Assembly (NCBI GenBank): GCA_040755995.1 | Contig: JBFMAF010000010.1 | Span: 96,001 to 160,000 of the forward strand | DNA length: 64,000 nt | Direction: 5' to 3' | Source: Acidobacteriota bacterium | Lineage (GTDB): Bacteria > Acidobacteriota > CAIWXX01 | In this document: piece after piece, positions 59,724-64,000 of the stretch | Layout of the letters: each line of letters begins with the position of its first letter | How positions within the stretch are numbered: position 1 is the first letter of the stretch | Notes under the pieces: generated by a model | The model's input: only the letters and a program-made list of their open reading frames with translations | What the model was told of the DNA's origin: nothing | Databases searched by the model: none | Made by a program: the position numbers and the translations under genes

Positions 59724-62700
59724 TCATTTCGGCAATTCCTCGCGAAGCACGAATCGTTGGATGAGAATGGCCACGAGCGCGAGGCACACCGCCAGTGCAA
59801 CTACTGATCCGACCCTGAACAGCCCACCCAGGCGCCAGAGATCGCTCAGGAAACACTTCGCCAGCGTCGCGACCAGAAGCACGATCGACGCGATGCGGGT
59901 CGGACGGCTCCTTGCAGCGATCCCCGCGATCAGTAGTCCTATCGCGAACAGTCCCCAGCCGATCGTGTACGTCAAATTCTGCGAGAGCCCTGCAGAGAAG
60001 TTGAATGTAAGCGCCGTCCCCTTCGAGTAAAAGTCCGCAATCTCGATGTTGAGCAGCAGGAAGAGCAGCACGGTCGCACACGCAGGCAGCCCTGACGACA
60101 GTCTGAAGAATCCAATTCGATCCTCAGTAGCGCGAAGAAACCTGGCACCGAGAAACATCGATATTGCAGACACAAGGTACGTGTAAAGATACCAGTTGAG
60201 AATCGGGTGCACCCCTCGGGGATGGTATTGGAACACGGCGGGATTGAACACCAGGCGGACGAACACTGCGGCGAAGAGCGCGGCCGACCACCAGAGAAGT
60301 CCACGATGCGGGATCTTGCGGTAGAGCCATCCGAGGGCAGCTGCTTGGAGCACCCAGCCGATCGTGATCCATTGCTTCTCCAATTGCAGCGGAATCGCGA
60401 CTGTGATGAACGCGAGCCCCGCCCCTGCCATCAGCGCCAATCTCCCGATGTCCCGTTCGCCGGACGGTTCGAGCCGCGTGAGCCGCCAGAGCAGCAGTGC
60501 CATCAATGCGGCCTGTGCGACGGGCAGGATCCCGATTCGATCACCGTAGTCGCCGGCCAGTATTGCGTGCCGCGCGAGGAAGAAGAACGGCACGCTCGCG
60601 AGCACCGCCGCCACGTGCGGCTCGCGAACGGGCCTGGCGCGATCACCCAACAGCAACGGATACACAACGAAGAGCGCGTAGAGCGCGAGGGCGAAGAGCA
60701 ACTCTTCCTTCCACATCTCCAGGTGAGCCTCTCGCCAGACATAGACGGCTACCGCAGGAAGCACGACCGCGATGACGGAGATGACGTATCGATCCGTCAG
60801 CCATGCGATCCACAGCAGAGCCACGATCAGAGCCGCGTGGGCAGGGATCAGGTAAGATATGCCTATCCGCGGGGCCACCGCGGCGGCAACTATCGCCACG
60901 GCCTGACCCAACAGGATGGCGCTCGTCGCCCCCTGGTCGAAGCGGCGGGCGAAGGATGCCCCCGGTGCTCTCGATTCCAGACGGCGCGCCAGCAGGAGCC
61001 AAGCGATCCCGAACGCCGCGACCGCGAGGGCGGCTCCGATGCCGATCTCGGGCCACGGGGCCAGTCGGGAGAAACACACCCACGTGAACAGAATCACCTG
61101 CGATGCGCCGAGCGAGACGAGGTGGATCTCGCCGCCGCGCACGTAGAGCGCCGCGATGCCGATCGCGAGGTCGAGCACAAATAGTATCGCCAGGAACGGC
61201 CACGGCGGCTCGGAGAGCGTCGGCTGCGCCGCCACGAAGAGCAAGAACAGATGGCCCGCCAGACCCAGGTACATCCCCTGCATCGACAGGGCTGCTTCGC
61301 CCGTGCGGCTCCGCAACCAGGCGTTCCCCGCGAGAACGAGCACAGCAAAACCCGCGACCACCATCAGAGCAGGGATCAGGATCGAGATAACCGTCGCAGT
61401 CGCCCACCAGACGGCGATGACGATCCACGACAAGACCACGCCCGCAATCGTCCAGAGCGAACGCGGAGCGGCCGCCCCTTCGATGAAGAGACCGACATTG
61501 AGGATCATGAGAAGCAGCGCCATGCCCCAGAGCGAGACCGCTGCGACGGGACCGGCGGCCAGGAAAAGGAGAAGAGCCAGACTCAAGAAGAGCACGAGCG
61601 CTCCCGCGCCCTGCGGTTGCAGCTTCTTACCCAACCGCCGCGCAACCAGGGGGACGCCGAGGTAGAACAGCGCGAAGAAGCCGTAGATGGTCAGTCCCGG
61701 GATGAGCCGGTCGGGCGTGAGATGTCTGGCCGACCAGACCGCCTCGGCGGCGACCGCGAAGAATGCGCCGAGGAAGTACGGTGCGCCAGACTCGCGCGCG
61801 ACGGCCAGGATCGCCAGCAGCGCGAGCAGAGCGAAGAGCACGCCGAAGAGCAGCCACGGCGAGGCGGTCTGCGGTTCGAGCGCTGAGAGCCCTGAGAAGA
61901 CGAAGAGCAGCAACGGCGCTATGATCGTGGCCCGCTTTCCATGACCCGCGAACGGCCGCCCGAGCCGCTCGGCGACGGTCTCTGCAAGGGCATACGTGCA
62001 CACCAGCGCGCAGACGAAAAGCAGAATGCCGGGCCATGCCGCTTTGGTGTAGCTCGCCGTGAGCCAGATCGCGAAGACGAGAATCGTGGATGCGCCGCCG
62101 ACGAAGTGCAGCAACTCGGGCCCGCGCAAGATGGCAACCGCAGCAAGTCCAAGGTCCACGCAGAGGAGGAACCCGAAGAGCAGCACGTAGCGCGCCCCGT
62201 ATGCCGGCACGGCGGCCATGTAAAGACCGAAGAGCAGCGGCAGCGCCGCGCTGATCGCAGTCGAGCGGCCGAAGATCGGACTCAGCTCCTCCGGCGCCTT
62301 CACCCGCGTCACCGCCAACATGGCCACGACACTGACAACAGCGAAGACGATGAAGATGCCCGCTGCCAACGGCAGCTGGCCCGAGTCGAGGAATTTCATC
62401 GCCCATCCCCACTGATACAGCGTGGTGAGAGCTACGGAGAAGGCGGTGAGGTGCGGCCAGTTCTTCCAGTAGGCAACCAGGGCCAGGCCGATGTTGAGAA
62501 GAAGGAGGTAGCTGAAGAGGCCGATCGGTTGGTTCTGTCCGGTCGAGAGCAGCGCAGGGGTGGCGAAGCCGCCGAGAAGACCGAGGACCGCTATGAACAG
62601 CGAGTCGTGACGGATCGACAACACAACCGCCACCACAGTGACGAGAATCATGAATGCGAACGTCCAGCCTGTGCTGAGCAGATGCCAGAGGGCGGCCGAC

Positions 62701-63530
62701 GCGAAGAAGGTCGAGAACAATATACCGATGCCCGCCGCGTCGAGCGCATTGGCGGTGACAGCGTAGCGCCTGGCGGCCTTCCATTCGCAGATGACCAGAA
62801 GCCCCGCACCCACAAGGAGACCGATGAGCATGCGGATCGGGGGCGTGAGCCAGCCCCTGTCGATCGAGACCTTGAGAAAGAGTACGACGCCCACGAGCGC
62901 CAGGATCCCGGCGCCCCATGAGAAGAGCTTCACGCCGATGAACTTCTCCCAATCGACGTTCGAGAGGGCGGAGAGCCCGGAGGGTGGTGGCGGGGGAGCC
63001 ACAGGAGGCCTGGGTGGCGGCGGGGGCGGTGGTGGAGGCGGCAGAGGCGGCCGGGCGGCTTCAGCCCGCGGTGGCGGTGCCGATTCCGCCGGCGCTGCGG
63101 GCGGCACTGCTTCTGCCGCGGGCGGGGGCGTCGGCGGTGGCTCTGCCGCCGTTGGCGCAGGACGTGGCACGGCTTCCACGGGAGGAGGCGCAGCAGCGGG
63201 CTCGGGCTGCGCGGGGCCGACTCCGGGTACCGGCACAACGGGTGCGGGTTGCGGCGTCGCGATCGCCGGCCCTGTGACAGGCACGGCAGCCGTGCGCACG
63301 GGCTCCGGCTCAGGCTCGCGTTCCAGCGGCCACCCCTTCAGCCCGGCGATGTCGCGCCGCAGCTCGCCGACCAGCTTGTGCAGCCGATCCAGCTCGTTCT
63401 TGTGGGCCCGCACAACACCTTCGACCTCCTCTTGCCCGCGCCTCGCCTTTCGCGCGACGACGAGCGCGGCGATCGGGAGCCCGAAGAGGAGTGCGAGCAG
63501 GACAATAACTACGAAGAGGGCCGCCTCCAC
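59724..63530 (-). CDS. DUF2339 family polytopic membrane protein
   Basis: N-terminal TM and coiled coil, Pro-rich linker, WEKFIG..LFSW.G, GGFATPALL, more than 25 TM segments, C-terminal K.FL.DL; GTG start with AAGGGGAG RBS. Confidence 0.85.
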   Translation of the reverse strand: MEAALFVVIVLLALLFGLPIAALVVARKARRGQEEVEGVVRAHKNELDRLHKLVGELRRDIAGLKGWPLEREPEPEPVRTAAVPVTGPAIATPQPAPVVPVPGVGPAQPEPAAAPPPVEAVPRPAPTAAEPPPTPPPAAEAVPPAAPAESAPPPRAEAARPPLPPPPPPPPPPRPPVAPPPPPSGLSALSNVDWEKFIGVKLFSWGAGILALVGVVLFLKVSIDRGWLTPPIRMLIGLLVGAGLLVICEWKAARRYAVTANALDAAGIGILFSTFFASAALWHLLSTGWTFAFMILVTVVAVVLSIRHDSLFIAVLGLLGGFATPALLSTGQNQPIGLFSYLLLLNIGLALVAYWKNWPHLTAFSVALTTLYQWGWAMKFLDSGQLPLAAGIFIVFAVVSVVAMLAVTRVKAPEELSPIFGRSTAISAALPLLFGLYMAAVPAYGARYVLLFGFLLCVDLGLAAVAILRGPELLHFVGGASTILVFAIWLTASYTKAAWPGILLFVCALVCTYALAETVAERLGRPFAGHGKRATIIAPLLLFVFSGLSALEPQTASPWLLFGVLFALLALLAILAVARESGAPYFLGAFFAVAAEAVWSARHLTPDRLIPGLTIYGFFALFYLGVPLVARRLGKKLQPQGAGALVLFLSLALLLFLAAGPVAAVSLWGMALLLMILNVGLFIEGAAAPRSLWTIAGVVLSWIVIAVWWATATVISILIPALMVVAGFAVLVLAGNAWLRSRTGEAALSMQGMYLGLAGHLFLLFVAAQPTLSEPPWPFLAILFVLDLAIGIAALYVRGGEIHLVSLGASQVILFTWVCFSRLAPWPEIGIGAALAVAAFGIAWLLLARRLESRAPGASFARRFDQGATSAILLGQAVAIVAAAVAPRIGISYLIPAHAALIVALLWIAWLTDRYVISVIAVVLPAVAVYVWREAHLEMWKEELLFALALYALFVVYPLLLGDRARPVREPHVAAVLASVPFFFLARHAILAGDYGDRIGILPVAQAALMALLLWRLTRLEPSGERDIGRLALMAGAGLAFITVAIPLQLEKQWITIGWVLQAAALGWLYRKIPHRGLLWWSAALFAAVFVRLVFNPAVFQYHPRGVHPILNWYLYTYLVSAISMFLGARFLRATEDRIGFFRLSSGLPACATVLLFLLLNIEIADFYSKGTALTFNFSAGLSQNLTYTIGWGLFAIGLLIAGIAARSRPTRIASIVLLVATLAKCFLSDLWRLGGLFRVGSVVALAVCLALVAILIQRFVLREELPK

Positions 63531-63554
63531 TGTTGAACTCCCCTTGCTGGCGGG

Positions 63555-63584
63555 AGTCTAACGCGGGGTCTCCGGTGGAGTCAA
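63555..63584 (-). promoter_or_regulatory. Probable promoter of DUF2339-DUF3999 operon
   Basis: TTGACT-N18-TAGACT, 25 nt upstream of the GTG. Confidence 0.55.
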
Positions 63585-63823
63585 ACCAATCTCATCTCGT
63601 ATTCTCGCCTGCCTGATGGTGAGCGATCGTTCCCCACCTCGGCGACCAGTGAGCGGGCGCCCCGCCCGGCCACGACCATCAATCTCCGAGCGATTTGTCG
63701 ATCGCACAGGCTTCGATAGTGCGGGCGGACTGCGCAATTGCGAATTCCTCTATCCACAATGCCTCCATGAGCGCGTATGGAAGCGTCAAGAGGGGAGCCT
63801 GATTTGGGTGGCTGGTGTGAAGG

Positions 63824-63999
63824 TCATCCAAGAGCCGCGCTCATACCACCTCCTGGCCGCGAGAGTCCGACAGCCTCTGGACTCCTGGACAGCCGCCGGA
63901 GGGCAAGTCGCTTGGCGGCGAACGGTGGCGTGGTCACAGGGCGCAGCCGGCAATGAGCACGAGGAGGACGCCCGTGTACTGCAGGATCGCAAGGCGGAT
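63824..63999 (-). CDS. Possible 3' end of a CDS entering from the right edge
   Basis: Open frame IRLAILQYTGVLLVLIAGCAPV...MSAALG* with a hydrophobic stretch; start lies outside the window. Confidence 0.3.
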   Translation of the reverse strand, partial: PPCDPAVHGRPPRAHCRLRPVTTPPFAAKRLALRRLSRSPEAVGLSRPGGGMSAALG

Positions 64000-64000
64000 C

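Noticed and set aside
62980..63320. G-rich low-complexity tract as a repeat element
   Set aside because: It is the codon pattern of the Pro/Ala linker in DUF2339

Overview
GC-rich bacterial chromosomal window with about 45 CDS. The gene content (CHAT/TPR-ECF module, He_PIG-repeat protease, DUF2339/DUF3999 pair) suggests an Acidobacteriota-like diderm; this is inference. No rRNA, tRNA, CRISPR array, transposase or prophage was seen. Housekeeping genes (mfd, maeB, asnB-like, glgP, acyl-CoA ligase, PLP decarboxylase) are interleaved with accessory modules. (1) An exported TPR-CHAT caspase-like protease, an ECF sigma factor and a membrane anti-sigma-like protein are followed by two secreted proteins. 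An identical bipartite motif, ATGAAATG-N11-ATCCCACT, lies upstream of both the anti-sigma gene and the first secreted gene and is probably the cognate ECF promoter. (2) A stand-alone DsrMK-like redox module is wrapped in two Cys-bearing Rrf2 regulators, two single-domain receivers and a histidine kinase with a 7-Cys insertion inside its HAMP domain. (3) A roughly 180-nt multibranch structured RNA candidate precedes a tetraheme cytochrome c. (4) A Frw-like PTS with a YijO-like AraC regulator is coupled to an exported GH38 mannosidase. (5) A DUF1566/EF-hand/OmpR/kinase operon has a frameshifted kinase. (6) A MazEF-type TA pair and an ATPase-DUF234 gene each have visible operator palindromes. (7) A deletion scar joins a GT-C glycosyltransferase to a beta-propeller gene. 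All family calls come from motif recognition by eye; no searches were run.
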